Virus record (IMG/VR): IMGVR_UViG_3300027749_000070
Coordinates: 1 to 64,000 of that record
Direction: 5' to 3' (one strand)
Length of the DNA stretch: 64,000 bases
Source of the DNA: a virus
The translations under genes were made by a program, and so were the position numbers. Below are positions 19,588-28,941 of the stretch, one piece after another (position 1 is the first letter of the stretch; the number at the start of each line of letters is the position of its first letter). Under the pieces are notes generated by a model. The model saw nothing but the letters and a program-made list of their open reading frames with translations. It searched no databases and was not told the DNA's origin.

Positions 19588-20685
19588 TTATTTTAATATA
19601 AAATGTTCTTCAATTAATGAGTTTTTGGAAGAATTTATACTACGCTTTGTTATGCACAAATTAGAAATATCAGCAATTTCTTCAGCAGGTATATTATTGG
19701 AAAAGCCATAAAAAGTAGATATTTTATGATCTATTGTTGGATATAACTTACTTGTAGAAGTGTTAGACAAATAACCTTTTATGAACTCATTATCATAGTA
19801 GTCATATCCTTCCCATTTTTCATATAATTCTTTTTTAAATTTATTTGTAAAATTTCTTACTTTCTTTTTGTAAATTTCCCAATCAGTCAATAGCTCATCT
19901 TTAATTACAAATCCATTTATCTTTTTAGTTTCCAAAATCTTATAATATATTTCTTTTACTTGTGAAACATTTTCAACACCATATTTTTCTATACAAGTAT
20001 TTTTAATTTTTTCACGAATTTTTAATATATTATTTTTGTAATTATTTTTATGCTCTTCTGTTTTAAAAATCCAGTCAACTCCATATTTTTCTATGAATGT
20101 GTTCCTAATTTTGCTAACAATTACATCTTTATTTTCGCTAATTCCTTTTTTAAATTTGTCAGTTTTTGAATAAGAATCAACACCATATATCTCAATTAGT
20201 GTTTTTTTAGATTTTTCTTTAAATTCATTAGAAGACATCCATTTCTTATTTTGTTCTTTTGATTCTTGCGTCTTAAACCAAGAATCAACTCCATATTTCT
20301 CTAACATTGTTTTCTTTCCTTTTTTTGAGCCCTTTTTAATGCCTTTCCATTTTAAAGATTCAGTTTCTTTAAACTCGTTTGTTTGTGAGTATGATTTAAC
20401 TCCATATTTTTCTATACATGTTTTTTCACGCTCTATATTTTTACATTTAAAGCAAGAATAATATCCTTTATTATTTCTTTCAGTGTTAACATGGTATTTA
20501 TTTATTGACATTTCTGTTTCAGAAGAGCATATTTCGCATATTGCTGTAATTCTGTTATTTGAACCTTTTGGTATATTTAATGGATTTACAGATATTTCTT
20601 TTTCTTTTATCAGATAACCCAATTTTTCATAATATGATTTATTTCTTTGATTTATTTTAACATTAATTTCCTTTTCTTTTATCAT
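19588..20685 (-). CDS. Free-standing HNH-type homing endonuclease with EKYGV repeats
   Basis: Zn finger, several (E/I)(K/I)YGV repeats, C-terminal TIDHKIS...NLCITKRSINSSK. Confidence 0.7.
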   Translation of the reverse strand: MIKEKEINVKINQRNKSYYEKLGYLIKEKEISVNPLNIPKGSNNRITAICEICSSETEMSINKYHVNTERNNKGYYSCFKCKNIEREKTCIEKYGVKSYSQTNEFKETESLKWKGIKKGSKKGKKTMLEKYGVDSWFKTQESKEQNKKWMSSNEFKEKSKKTLIEIYGVDSYSKTDKFKKGISENKDVIVSKIRNTFIEKYGVDWIFKTEEHKNNYKNNILKIREKIKNTCIEKYGVENVSQVKEIYYKILETKKINGFVIKDELLTDWEIYKKKVRNFTNKFKKELYEKWEGYDYYDNEFIKGYLSNTSTSKLYPTIDHKISTFYGFSNNIPAEEIADISNLCITKRSINSSKNSLIEEHFILK

Positions 20686-20775
20686 ATACCTTATATGATA
20701 AAAATAACTATAAGTTCTGTTTAGAACTAATTTGAAAAAGTTAAAACTTTTTCACTTAATTTTCATATAAAACTT

Positions 20776-20883
20776 ATGAATAAAAATGAAAAACTCGAAA
20801 AATTAGAGTTATTAAAAAACAAAGCGAGCGAGCTGAAAAAGGACGTGGATTATTATAATGCACTCCAGCTCGCTCTTTTTTAG
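20776..20883 (+). CDS. Family B DNA polymerase gp43B, first segment (35 aa, ends at motif B QLAL)
   Basis: MNKNEKLEKLELLKNKASELKKDVDYYNALQLALF*; not in the ORF track; preceded by a middle-type promoter. Confidence 0.75.
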   Translation: MNKNEKLEKLELLKNKASELKKDVDYYNALQLALF

Positions 20884-20917
20884 CCCCCACCCACTTGTGG
20901 TTGGGGGCATAGGACTA
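20878..20917 (+). other. 40-nt coding-gap element (stop plus GC hairpin) inside polymerase motif B
   Basis: CTT|TTT TAG CCCCCACCCACTTGTGGTTGGGGGCATAGGA CTA|AAA; removal restores QLALKLVLNGSYG. Confidence 0.75.
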
Positions 20918-21517
20918 AAATTAGTATTAAACGGCAGCTATGGCGCATTTGCAGCAGCATATTTTGTATTGTTCAATAACCACGTTGCTTCCAGTATTAC
21001 TGCACAAGGTAGAGATTTAACTAAAACAATGAATCGTGTTAATGAAGATTATTGGTATAATCAATGGCATTTAGATACATTATTACATAATGACGTTTGT
21101 ATAAGAAATGTTAAACAAATTATAGAAACTAATCATGTTAGCATCTATGCGGATACTGATAGCTGTTTCTCGGAAACACTTGTGAACACAAACAATGGAG
21201 AAAAAACAATTGAAAATTGGTATAATGAAAACATCAAAAATGGATCAGCAGGTGAAACAATTAAAGGTCACGAATCGGTTTTAACAAATGATAAAATATT
21301 AAATTGGTCTGAAAGTAATAAAATTTATTATACTCCGGTTAAAAGAATTATTAGACATAAAGTATCTAAGCCGAAATGGAAATTGAAAACTAAATCTGGC
21401 AAAGAAATTATAGTTACTAACGACCATTCTATGATAGTGTTTAGAGACGGTATTAAATTGGAAATTAAACCATCAGAAATATTAAAAACTGATAAAATTT
21501 TGGTAATTAAAAATTAA
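20918..21517 (+). CDS. Family B DNA polymerase motif B-C segment fused to split-intein N-half
   Basis: KLVLNGSYG, ITAQGR, YADTD, then intein SCFSETLV...VTNDHS. Confidence 0.9.
   Translation, partial: KLVLNGSYGAFAAAYFVLFNNHVASSITAQGRDLTKTMNRVNEDYWYNQWHLDTLLHNDVCIRNVKQIIETNHVSIYADTDSCFSETLVNTNNGEKTIENWYNENIKNGSAGETIKGHESVLTNDKILNWSESNKIYYTPVKRIIRHKVSKPKWKLKTKSGKEIIVTNDHSMIVFRDGIKLEIKPSEILKTDKILVIKN
21161..21514 (+). mobile_element. Split intein N-fragment (118 aa) at the Pol-c site
   Basis: Block A S-C-F-S-E-T-L-V follows YADTD; block B IIVTNDHS; ORF stops with no intein C-terminus. Confidence 0.9.
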
Positions 21518-21545
21518 TATATACAGATAAATATATCAGCATAGA

Positions 21546-22655
21546 ATGGAACTAAATAAAAAATTTATAGAATGGTTTAATAAAAATAAAAACGCAGAAG
21601 AATATAATAAAATATTCAATTTGTATTTTAATAATCTATCCAAATGTAGAATTTGTAATAATCCAATATATTATTATGATTCTACATTTAGAATAGATAA
21701 ATCAGGAATTTTGCAATTACATAAAAAATCATGTTTAACATCTAAAAATGTAAATAAAGAATATACATTATCCATATGTGAAGAATGTTTGATTAAAAAA
21801 TATCCAGAATATAATAACAAAAATAAGCCAAAGGTTTTTAATCAAATGAATTATTTAACTGAATATGCTTTTAATATACCAAATGACATTTCTTTAATTT
21901 GGATGAAAGAAAAATATGCTATTACAGAAGAAAATCTAACAAAAAAACATGGCAAAAAAATTGGCAAAGAAAAATGGATAAATTATTGTAATAAACAATC
22001 CAAAACTAATACATTTGAATATAAGAAAGAAAAATATGGTTGGGATAAAGAAAAATTTGACGACTATAACCGTTCAAGATCGGTAACATTAGAAAATTTG
22101 ATAAAAAGGAATGGTACTGAAGAAGGTTTAAATATTTGGAAAAATTATTGTGATAGGCAAAAATATACGACAAGTCTAAACTATTTTATAGAAAAAAATG
22201 GATTGGAAAAAGGCACTGAAATATATGAAAATTTTTGTAAAAAAAGATTATTTGGAGCAGGATATTCAGAGGTATCTAAAAAATTATTTGATGAACTGAA
22301 AAAACGTTTTGTTAATAATAATTATACAGTATATTACGCTGAAAATGAGTGGTATTTTTGTGAAAAAGATAAAGGATATTATTTATTGGATTTCTTTATT
22401 AAAGAATTGAATATTGGAATAGAATTTAACGGAGATATATGGCACGCAAATCCACTTAAATACAAGCCACATGATAAGCCTATTTTATTTCAAAAAGATA
22501 TTACTGCCGAATTTATTTGGCAAAAAGATAAAATAAAAAATGATTTTCTGAAAACAAAATTAGATAAATTACTAATAATTTGGGAATCAGATTTTTACAA
22601 AGACGGAATTGATAGAACAATAGATAAAATATTAAAAGAAATAAATGATAAATAA
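21546..22655 (+). CDS. Free-standing Vsr/DUF559-like homing endonuclease between the intein halves
   Basis: K(Y/H/N)G.E.G repeats; LDFFIKELNIGIEFNGDIWHANP...D..K...IIWESD; own late promoter at 21515. Confidence 0.8.
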   Translation: MELNKKFIEWFNKNKNAEEYNKIFNLYFNNLSKCRICNNPIYYYDSTFRIDKSGILQLHKKSCLTSKNVNKEYTLSICEECLIKKYPEYNNKNKPKVFNQMNYLTEYAFNIPNDISLIWMKEKYAITEENLTKKHGKKIGKEKWINYCNKQSKTNTFEYKKEKYGWDKEKFDDYNRSRSVTLENLIKRNGTEEGLNIWKNYCDRQKYTTSLNYFIEKNGLEKGTEIYENFCKKRLFGAGYSEVSKKLFDELKKRFVNNNYTVYYAENEWYFCEKDKGYYLLDFFIKELNIGIEFNGDIWHANPLKYKPHDKPILFQKDITAEFIWQKDKIKNDFLKTKLDKLLIIWESDFYKDGIDRTIDKILKEINDK

Positions 22656-22800
22656 AGTAGAACATGAAAAAATAGAATATTTTTTTGATGAAATAGAATC
22701 GTGTGAAGTGATTGGTAATTTTGAAGACGAATATGTTTATGATGTTGAGGTGGATGATGAAACACATACATTTATTGGAAATGATATATTAGTACATAAT
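22645..22800 (+). mobile_element. Split intein C-fragment (52 aa)
   Basis: VYDVEV...HTFIGNDILVHN followed by +1 Ser (SLFV). Confidence 0.92.
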
Positions 22801-23988
22801 TCGCTTTTTGTATCATTTAAACCAGCTATGGATCATTGTGATTGGAGAAATTTATTTTTTGATAATTTAGATAAACTAACAAAAAAGTTTTTCATAATAA
22901 CAGGTAATTCACAAGTTAATACAGACAATCCTAATTATCATGGCTCTTGGAGTTTTGATCCAAATGATGACCCTGAAACAATTGGTCATATTAAAGACAT
23001 AATCGAAACTGATTGCGATTATATAATTGTTGATGGTTTTTGGATTAAAAATCGTGATTTCGAAAAATTCATATCCGAAAATAATTATCAATCAAAACTT
23101 AAATGGAATTGGTCAAATGAACTTGACTTCATACAAGGTTTAGATTATTACCGATATGCTGGTTATTTCAAGAAATGTCTTGAAGAATATGCAGATAGCT
23201 ATGGTGTGACTAATAAGGAAGATTTTGAATTAGAAAGAATTAGTGAATCAGTTATTTATTTAGCTAAGAAAAAGTATATTCAACACATCGTACATGAAGA
23301 TGGTATTGATTATGATAGATTAACTTATTTATATCCAAAAGGAGTTGAACTTGTTAGATCTTCTACGCCATTATTTGCGAGAGATAAAATTGTGGATATT
23401 ATTAAATACTTATTTACTAATCCAGATACATTTACTATTAGAGAATTACTTAAATTGGTTAAGAACCTTAGAAAAGAATTTGACTTATGTGTCCCAGATA
23501 AGATAGATGATATCTGTATGCAATCGTCATGTTCAAACTATGAGGAAAAAGTTCTTAATGATAAAGAAAAATTAGAGTTTATTAATGGTGCACACTTTGC
23601 GGTTAAAGCATCAGCTTATTATAACCACTTATTACACAAGCATAAAGATATACAAGCTAAATATGACTTCATCAAATCAGGAACTAAAATTAAGTATTAC
23701 TATTGTAAAGACACTACTATTGGTAAAGTATTTGCTTATATGCGTGGTTCTTATCCAATTGAAATAGCACCCGAAATAGATCTAAATGAACAATTTGCAA
23801 AATGTATCTTATCACCGATTAACTCGATTATTGAGCCATTGGGTCTTCCAGAAATTACAAAAAGACTTTCGGTCGTGTTAGATATATTTGGTGGATCTTT
23901 ACAAAAGAAGAAAAAAGAAGAACAAGAAGAGGATGATTATAGTGATGAAGAATACAACAATAGAAAATGGGATAATTGGGATTATTAA
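22645..23988 (+). CDS. Intein C-half fused to family B polymerase palm/thumb
   Basis: SLFV after HN; FELE, AKKKY, KGVELVRSSTP, KSGTKIKY. Confidence 0.9.
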   Translation: MINKVEHEKIEYFFDEIESCEVIGNFEDEYVYDVEVDDETHTFIGNDILVHNSLFVSFKPAMDHCDWRNLFFDNLDKLTKKFFIITGNSQVNTDNPNYHGSWSFDPNDDPETIGHIKDIIETDCDYIIVDGFWIKNRDFEKFISENNYQSKLKWNWSNELDFIQGLDYYRYAGYFKKCLEEYADSYGVTNKEDFELERISESVIYLAKKKYIQHIVHEDGIDYDRLTYLYPKGVELVRSSTPLFARDKIVDIIKYLFTNPDTFTIRELLKLVKNLRKEFDLCVPDKIDDICMQSSCSNYEEKVLNDKEKLEFINGAHFAVKASAYYNHLLHKHKDIQAKYDFIKSGTKIKYYYCKDTTIGKVFAYMRGSYPIEIAPEIDLNEQFAKCILSPINSIIEPLGLPEITKRLSVVLDIFGGSLQKKKKEEQEEDDYSDEEYNNRKWDNWDY

Positions 23989-23999
23989 AAATAAATAAA

Positions 24000-24395
24000 A
24001 TGAATATGAAAATAATTAATAAAATTAAATCTTTATTTAAGAAAGAAAACTCCGAATTAAATGTTTCGGCACCTGTGTATGTAATACCAGAACCAATCGG
24101 TGAAATACACTATTTTGATTTCAAATATGAAGAACCAACAATGGAAACTAAAATTATGGCACAAAAAATAGGTTTAGATTTAGTAAACGTAAAACGTGAT
24201 CCAAATATGGTTATTACATCAGGATATATGGATTTTAAAGAAAATGTAGAATTAAGTCCAGAAGAGATCTTATTTCAAATGAAAAAGGTAAAAAGAGCTT
24301 CAGAAAAAGTTTTGGAAAAAATGACTGAAACTGAGGCTAAACATCATAAAAGTTTAGAGTATTTTAAACATAAAGCAGAGCAACATGATAAGTAA
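24000..24395 (+). CDS. Protein with permuted gp23-like 'QxIGLDLVxV / G.xxYxDFKY' segment
   Basis: PIGEIHYFDFKY, KIMAQKIGLDLVNVK, GYMDFK; parallels 17999..18475. Confidence 0.5.
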   Translation: MNMKIINKIKSLFKKENSELNVSAPVYVIPEPIGEIHYFDFKYEEPTMETKIMAQKIGLDLVNVKRDPNMVITSGYMDFKENVELSPEEILFQMKKVKRASEKVLEKMTETEAKHHKSLEYFKHKAEQHDK

Positions 24396-24879
24396 AAATA
24401 TAGCTTATTACATAGACGCATATAAAGGTATTTTTACATTTGCAACAACTGCAATTGGTGAGAAGTATTATACTTATCTAATAGATGAAGTAGTTAAAAA
24501 TTTAACTTGTAAAAGTGTTAAATTAGATTTTGATTCAGATAATGATGACGCAGCTAATTATAAAGATACTTTATTAATCTTAGATTTAACTACAGCAAAA
24601 CCTGATAAATTTTATGTAGATCGCATCGCTAGAATTTGTGATGAAAATAATAATGTTCTTCTTATAAAGAAACTTACTTATAAAGGAATAAGTAGTTTAG
24701 GAACAGATACTGTAATAACACCAAGTTTTCTTTTGTATTCAGCAACAGTTGCTTTTACGATTGATGATAATAGTGTAATAAAAGTAATTAAAAATAGGTA
24801 TGACTCGATTGATATAATCAATCATAATATAATAGCTTATATGAGGGAAGAAAGAATAAACCAGATACTTGAAGATTAG
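24385..24879 (+). CDS. Hypothetical protein, possibly a degenerate RecA/DnaB-fold fragment, with REERINQILED tail
   Basis: LLILD strand and KVIKNRY; no Walker A; C-terminal motif resembles the NRExQIDxILED module. Confidence 0.4.
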   Translation: MISKNIAYYIDAYKGIFTFATTAIGEKYYTYLIDEVVKNLTCKSVKLDFDSDNDDAANYKDTLLILDLTTAKPDKFYVDRIARICDENNNVLLIKKLTYKGISSLGTDTVITPSFLLYSATVAFTIDDNSVIKVIKNRYDSIDIINHNIIAYMREERINQILED

Positions 24880-24893
24880 TATCTGGCTTATTT

Positions 24894-26147
24894 TTATTTT
24901 TCAATCCATCTAACTGGAACTCTTTTCTTATCATCAAAATCTATTCTTGTGATTTCTGCTTCATTATAAAGTGTCTCAGATATACCTAATCTAGGTATAA
25001 AAACTTTATCACCACTCATCAATTTTATTGTTGTTGGTTTACCAGCTTTTGGACCTCTAAGTAACATTACACTTATTTCTCTAAATACTTGATTTTTTAT
25101 TTTTGGCGGGAAAACACTTATTATTTCAACTGGTGTATATCCAGCATAAGCACCTTCTTTTAAAGGCACTAAATCTGAATTTTGATTGCCTTTAACAGGT
25201 AAATAATAAAATTTCTTTAATTTTGCTTCTGTTGGTGCTAAATTAAAAAATTTACCACTAGAAGCTCTTTTAGATTCATAATCAGAACCAACTGATTTTC
25301 TTGTTAACTCGCTAGTTATATTCTTTTTACCAATTGTTCTTAATACAAAATTAATTGGATCTTCTTTACCATTTTGTTTATAAATTATAAAGAAATTCTT
25401 TTCACCAGTTTCTCTTATTATTGCATGTTGAGTATCATATACTAACGGACTTATTGGCCTTGGTTCTTTTCTTAAAGGTAATCCTTCTGCTTTTTTTTGC
25501 TCACATTCCATTAACCAACGATTATATACAGAAGAATTTAATTGTGCCAAAGAAGCTCTTTTAATTTCTGCATCAGATACGTCATCAGGTAATATAACAA
25601 TAGTTTTAGCTGACATTACTAATTCTTTTTCCTTTTTAGTTGTCATTTCTTCGCTATCTTTAACATCAACATATTTTGAATCTAGCATAGTTCCTATCCA
25701 AAATGAATCACCAATTTTATTTAAAGAAGGGTATTCAAATACCGGTGCATAAAGTTTACCATTAAATTCCATCGCTAATTTTGCTAAATAAATAGTTGCA
25801 AATGCCTTATTACCTGGGAAATTATAATCTTCTATCCAAGATAGATTGCCAATTTCTCCTAATGCAGCTGTAATTACTTTTTTCATTAAATCATAATCAG
25901 CATTATATTCTACCGTAAATCTTTTAATCGGAATTTCCCTTACTTCCATACCAGAGTTAGTCCTAGCCGGATTACCATGTTCATCCACTGGTTTCATAGC
26001 AATAAGTCTCCATCCACTTTTATTACCAGATTCATACTCCATGAATCTGGATATTGGTGAGTTGCTTGTTCCGCTAAATGGAGTTGCTATATTATTATTG
26101 AAACTTAAAGACCTAAATAATTCATTAATACTTTTTAAATATTTCAT
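24894..26147 (-). CDS. Hypothetical protein with MKYLKSINE leader
   Basis: Start reassigned to ATG 26147, after the late promoter. Confidence 0.65.
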   Translation of the reverse strand: MKYLKSINELFRSLSFNNNIATPFSGTSNSPISRFMEYESGNKSGWRLIAMKPVDEHGNPARTNSGMEVREIPIKRFTVEYNADYDLMKKVITAALGEIGNLSWIEDYNFPGNKAFATIYLAKLAMEFNGKLYAPVFEYPSLNKIGDSFWIGTMLDSKYVDVKDSEEMTTKKEKELVMSAKTIVILPDDVSDAEIKRASLAQLNSSVYNRWLMECEQKKAEGLPLRKEPRPISPLVYDTQHAIIRETGEKNFFIIYKQNGKEDPINFVLRTIGKKNITSELTRKSVGSDYESKRASSGKFFNLAPTEAKLKKFYYLPVKGNQNSDLVPLKEGAYAGYTPVEIISVFPPKIKNQVFREISVMLLRGPKAGKPTTIKLMSGDKVFIPRLGISETLYNEAEITRIDFDDKKRVPVRWIEK

Positions 26148-26194
26148 ATTGTTATATATTAATATAATATATAACAATATGAAATATTTAAAAA
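26132..26194. repeat. Perfect 30-bp inverted repeat forming a duplicated late promoter plus MKYLK start cassette
   Basis: TAATATATAACAATATGAAATATTTAAAAA on both strands, 3-nt spacer. Confidence 0.92.
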
Positions 26195-26538
26195 TATTTG
26201 AAGACTATCATAAAGATTTAGTGTCATTATATACAATAATGACACACGAAGATATTTCCGAGCCTATACCACAAGAAGTAGAAGATGATGAAGATGAGGA
26301 TGCAATTGATGATTATCTATACACGCATCGCAAAAAGGTTAGATATATATTATATGCTAAAGAAGAATTAGATCAGCATACATTGGCTTATGAAATTTTT
26401 AGAAATGCAAAATATGTTAATGTTATTAACATGAAGCCCGCTGGGAAAGGATTTGTATATGAAATTCAAGTCACAAATCAATCGAGAGAAGACCAAGAAA
26501 TGGAAGACAGAGGTGAAAATGATTATGATGATTATTAA
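26179..26538 (+). CDS. Acidic hypothetical protein with MKYLKIFED leader
   Basis: Start reassigned to ATG 26179. Confidence 0.65.
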   Translation: MKYLKIFEDYHKDLVSLYTIMTHEDISEPIPQEVEDDEDEDAIDDYLYTHRKKVRYILYAKEELDQHTLAYEIFRNAKYVNVINMKPAGKGFVYEIQVTNQSREDQEMEDRGENDYDDY

Positions 26539-27239
26539 TCTTTTAAATTAATTTGCGGAACATAAATAATTCCATTTTTTACTTCTAAATGTTTATTAGA
26601 AAATAATAAGCATTTTCCCTCATTTACAAAAATATAATAATGTATATTTTCATATTTTTTAATTTTACCACTACTTATAACCTCATAAATATCATTTTTT
26701 CTTATAAAATATTTTAAAGGCTTAACTTGAACATACCAATCTTTTTGGTTGATAGTTATGATTATATCAATACCTTCAATTACATCTTCTTTAGAATAAG
26801 CTGGAGTTTGCCGTAATTCAAAATCTATATTTTTTGATTTCAAGTAAGATTCGATATGAGAAAGTGCTTTTATTTCGTTTTTAATGCCCTTTGTCTCGCT
26901 TCTTTTTAAGACTTGAAGTATATCATCGAAATAGATTCCCCCTTGCTTAAATAAGTCTATTTTGTTGTTTTTGACAAATTCAATTAATTCATCAAATGAT
27001 TTTATATTATAATTAATTATAAATGATTTAATCAAAGTTATATTACCAATTGCTTTGTTTATAATAGACACATAACTTCCTTCGTTATCAAATTCTTGAG
27101 CTAAAACATAATAAAATCCATCAATAAAAACCCTATCGGGGTATAATTCCGATAGGGTTTCACTGATTAAACGTTTATATTGATTATGTTTCTCGTATGT
27201 TACACCCCAATTATCAATTGTAAATGAGTATTTATCCAT
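26535..27239 (-). CDS. PD-(D/E)XK nuclease-like protein
   Basis: E....D...GIDIII......VQVKP. Confidence 0.5.
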   Translation of the reverse strand: MDKYSFTIDNWGVTYEKHNQYKRLISETLSELYPDRVFIDGFYYVLAQEFDNEGSYVSIINKAIGNITLIKSFIINYNIKSFDELIEFVKNNKIDLFKQGGIYFDDILQVLKRSETKGIKNEIKALSHIESYLKSKNIDFELRQTPAYSKEDVIEGIDIIITINQKDWYVQVKPLKYFIRKNDIYEVISSGKIKKYENIHYYIFVNEGKCLLFSNKHLEVKNGIIYVPQINLKD

Positions 27240-27362
27240 TAATTAATTTTTCTTTTAGTTTGTCCATATATGTATATGAATGGTTTAGAATTACTAATAA
27301 TAAATTGAATTCTTGTTCTTTTATCTAACCTTTTTATTCCTCGAAAAATTCTCAATCTCTTT

Positions 27363-28931
27363 TTAGACATTCTTAGGACGCATTTGAGGAAATAATAAAA
27401 CATCTTGTATAGACGCTTGTCCTGTCATCAACATAGCCAATCTATCTATACCTATGCCTATACCAGCAGTTGGTGGCATACCATATTCTAATGCTTGTAT
27501 ATAATCATTATCAATATACATAGCTTCGTCATCACCTCTATCCATTAGTTCCATCTGTTCTTCAAAACGGTGTCTTTGATCAATAGGATCATTTAACTCA
27601 CTATATGCATTAGCTATTTCTTTACCATTGACTATTAACTCAAATCTTTCAACTAAACCTTCTTTTGAACGATGTTTTTTAGTTAAAGGACTCATTTCAA
27701 TAGGATAATCTATGATAAATGTTGGTTGTATATAATGGTGTTCGCAGCAATTACCAAATATAGTGTCAATTAACTTACCTTTACCATCAGTTTGACTGAC
27801 TTTTATATTTAATTGACTACAAGTATCAAGTAATTGACGTTGTTGCATATTAGAAATATCTATACCAGTATGTTCTTTAATAGAATCATAGATACTAATT
27901 CTTTTATATGGACCCTTAAAATCTATTACATTATTACCTACCGTAAAACTATAAGAAGGATAAGAGCAATCTTCACAATTTACTTGATATGCTATATATT
28001 CTAACATTTTCTCAGTAGTATTCATCATCCACTCATAATCTTTATATGCAGCATAATATTCCATAACCGTGAACTCTGGGTTATGTGTTCTATCCATGCC
28101 TTCATTTCTAAAATTACGACTAAATTCATAAACAGAATCAAACCCACCTACAATCAATCTCTTTAAATATAGTTCATTTGCAATACGTAAATATAAAGGT
28201 ATATCTAATGCATTATGATGCGTCTTAAATGGGCGAGCGGCAGCTCCACCTGGTATACTTTGTAATACCGGTGTATCAACTTCTAATGCACCTAAACTAT
28301 TTAGGTGGGTCCGCATAGCGTTTTTTAATATGGTTATTTTTCTAAAAGTAGTTTTCACTTCTGGATTAATAATCAAATCAACATAACGATGCCTATATCT
28401 AAATTCAGGATCATTTACTTTATCAAATTCTTGTCCATCTTTCTCCTTTGTAATAGGAAGCGGATGTAAACTCTTCGATAATAATGTAAATTCTGTGACA
28501 TGAATAGTTGTTTCGCCGGTTTTTGTAGTAAAGACATAACCTTTTACGCCGATAAAATCTCCTATATCAAGTAGTTTTTTCCATACGGTATTATAAAGAG
28601 TTTTATCTTCATTAGGACAAATATCATCTCTTTTTATGTATAATTGTATTTTACTAGTTCCATCCTGGATATAAGCAAAATTAGCTTTACCCATATCTTG
28701 TATAGACATAAGCCTACCCGCAATAGAAACTTTATCGAACTCCATATAAATATCAAGTTCATCGCTATCAGCTAAAATCAATCTTTGGTTATCATAAGTT
28801 TCCTTTACATACATAGCATGTATGTAGTTTATATTATGTGTAGTTTCGTAAGTAGCTGCTGGATAGGGATTTATACCTAACGCTATAAGCTGTTCTAATT
28901 TTTGCCTTCTTATTATTTCTTGTTCTGTCAT
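27363..28931 (-). CDS. lysS: Lysyl-tRNA synthetase (class II), Bacteroidota-like
   Basis: [58 protein letters not shown]. Confidence 0.97.
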   Translation of the reverse strand: MTEQEIIRRQKLEQLIALGINPYPAATYETTHNINYIHAMYVKETYDNQRLILADSDELDIYMEFDKVSIAGRLMSIQDMGKANFAYIQDGTSKIQLYIKRDDICPNEDKTLYNTVWKKLLDIGDFIGVKGYVFTTKTGETTIHVTEFTLLSKSLHPLPITKEKDGQEFDKVNDPEFRYRHRYVDLIINPEVKTTFRKITILKNAMRTHLNSLGALEVDTPVLQSIPGGAAARPFKTHHNALDIPLYLRIANELYLKRLIVGGFDSVYEFSRNFRNEGMDRTHNPEFTVMEYYAAYKDYEWMMNTTEKMLEYIAYQVNCEDCSYPSYSFTVGNNVIDFKGPYKRISIYDSIKEHTGIDISNMQQRQLLDTCSQLNIKVSQTDGKGKLIDTIFGNCCEHHYIQPTFIIDYPIEMSPLTKKHRSKEGLVERFELIVNGKEIANAYSELNDPIDQRHRFEEQMELMDRGDDEAMYIDNDYIQALEYGMPPTAGIGIGIDRLAMLMTGQASIQDVLLFPQMRPKNV

Positions 28932-28941
28932 TTTCTTTTAT

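Noticed and set aside
20881-20883. TAG reassignment or readthrough (alternative genetic code)
   Set aside because: Readthrough stays in the wrong frame and soon hits TAA; other genes are intact in code 11 and some end in TAG
20858-20917. ORF-track start MHSSSLFFSPHPLVVGGIGL as the true polymerase N-terminus
   Set aside because: It lacks the conserved Gln and helix of motif B, which lie in the upstream frame from ATG 20776 with a promoter and A-rich leader
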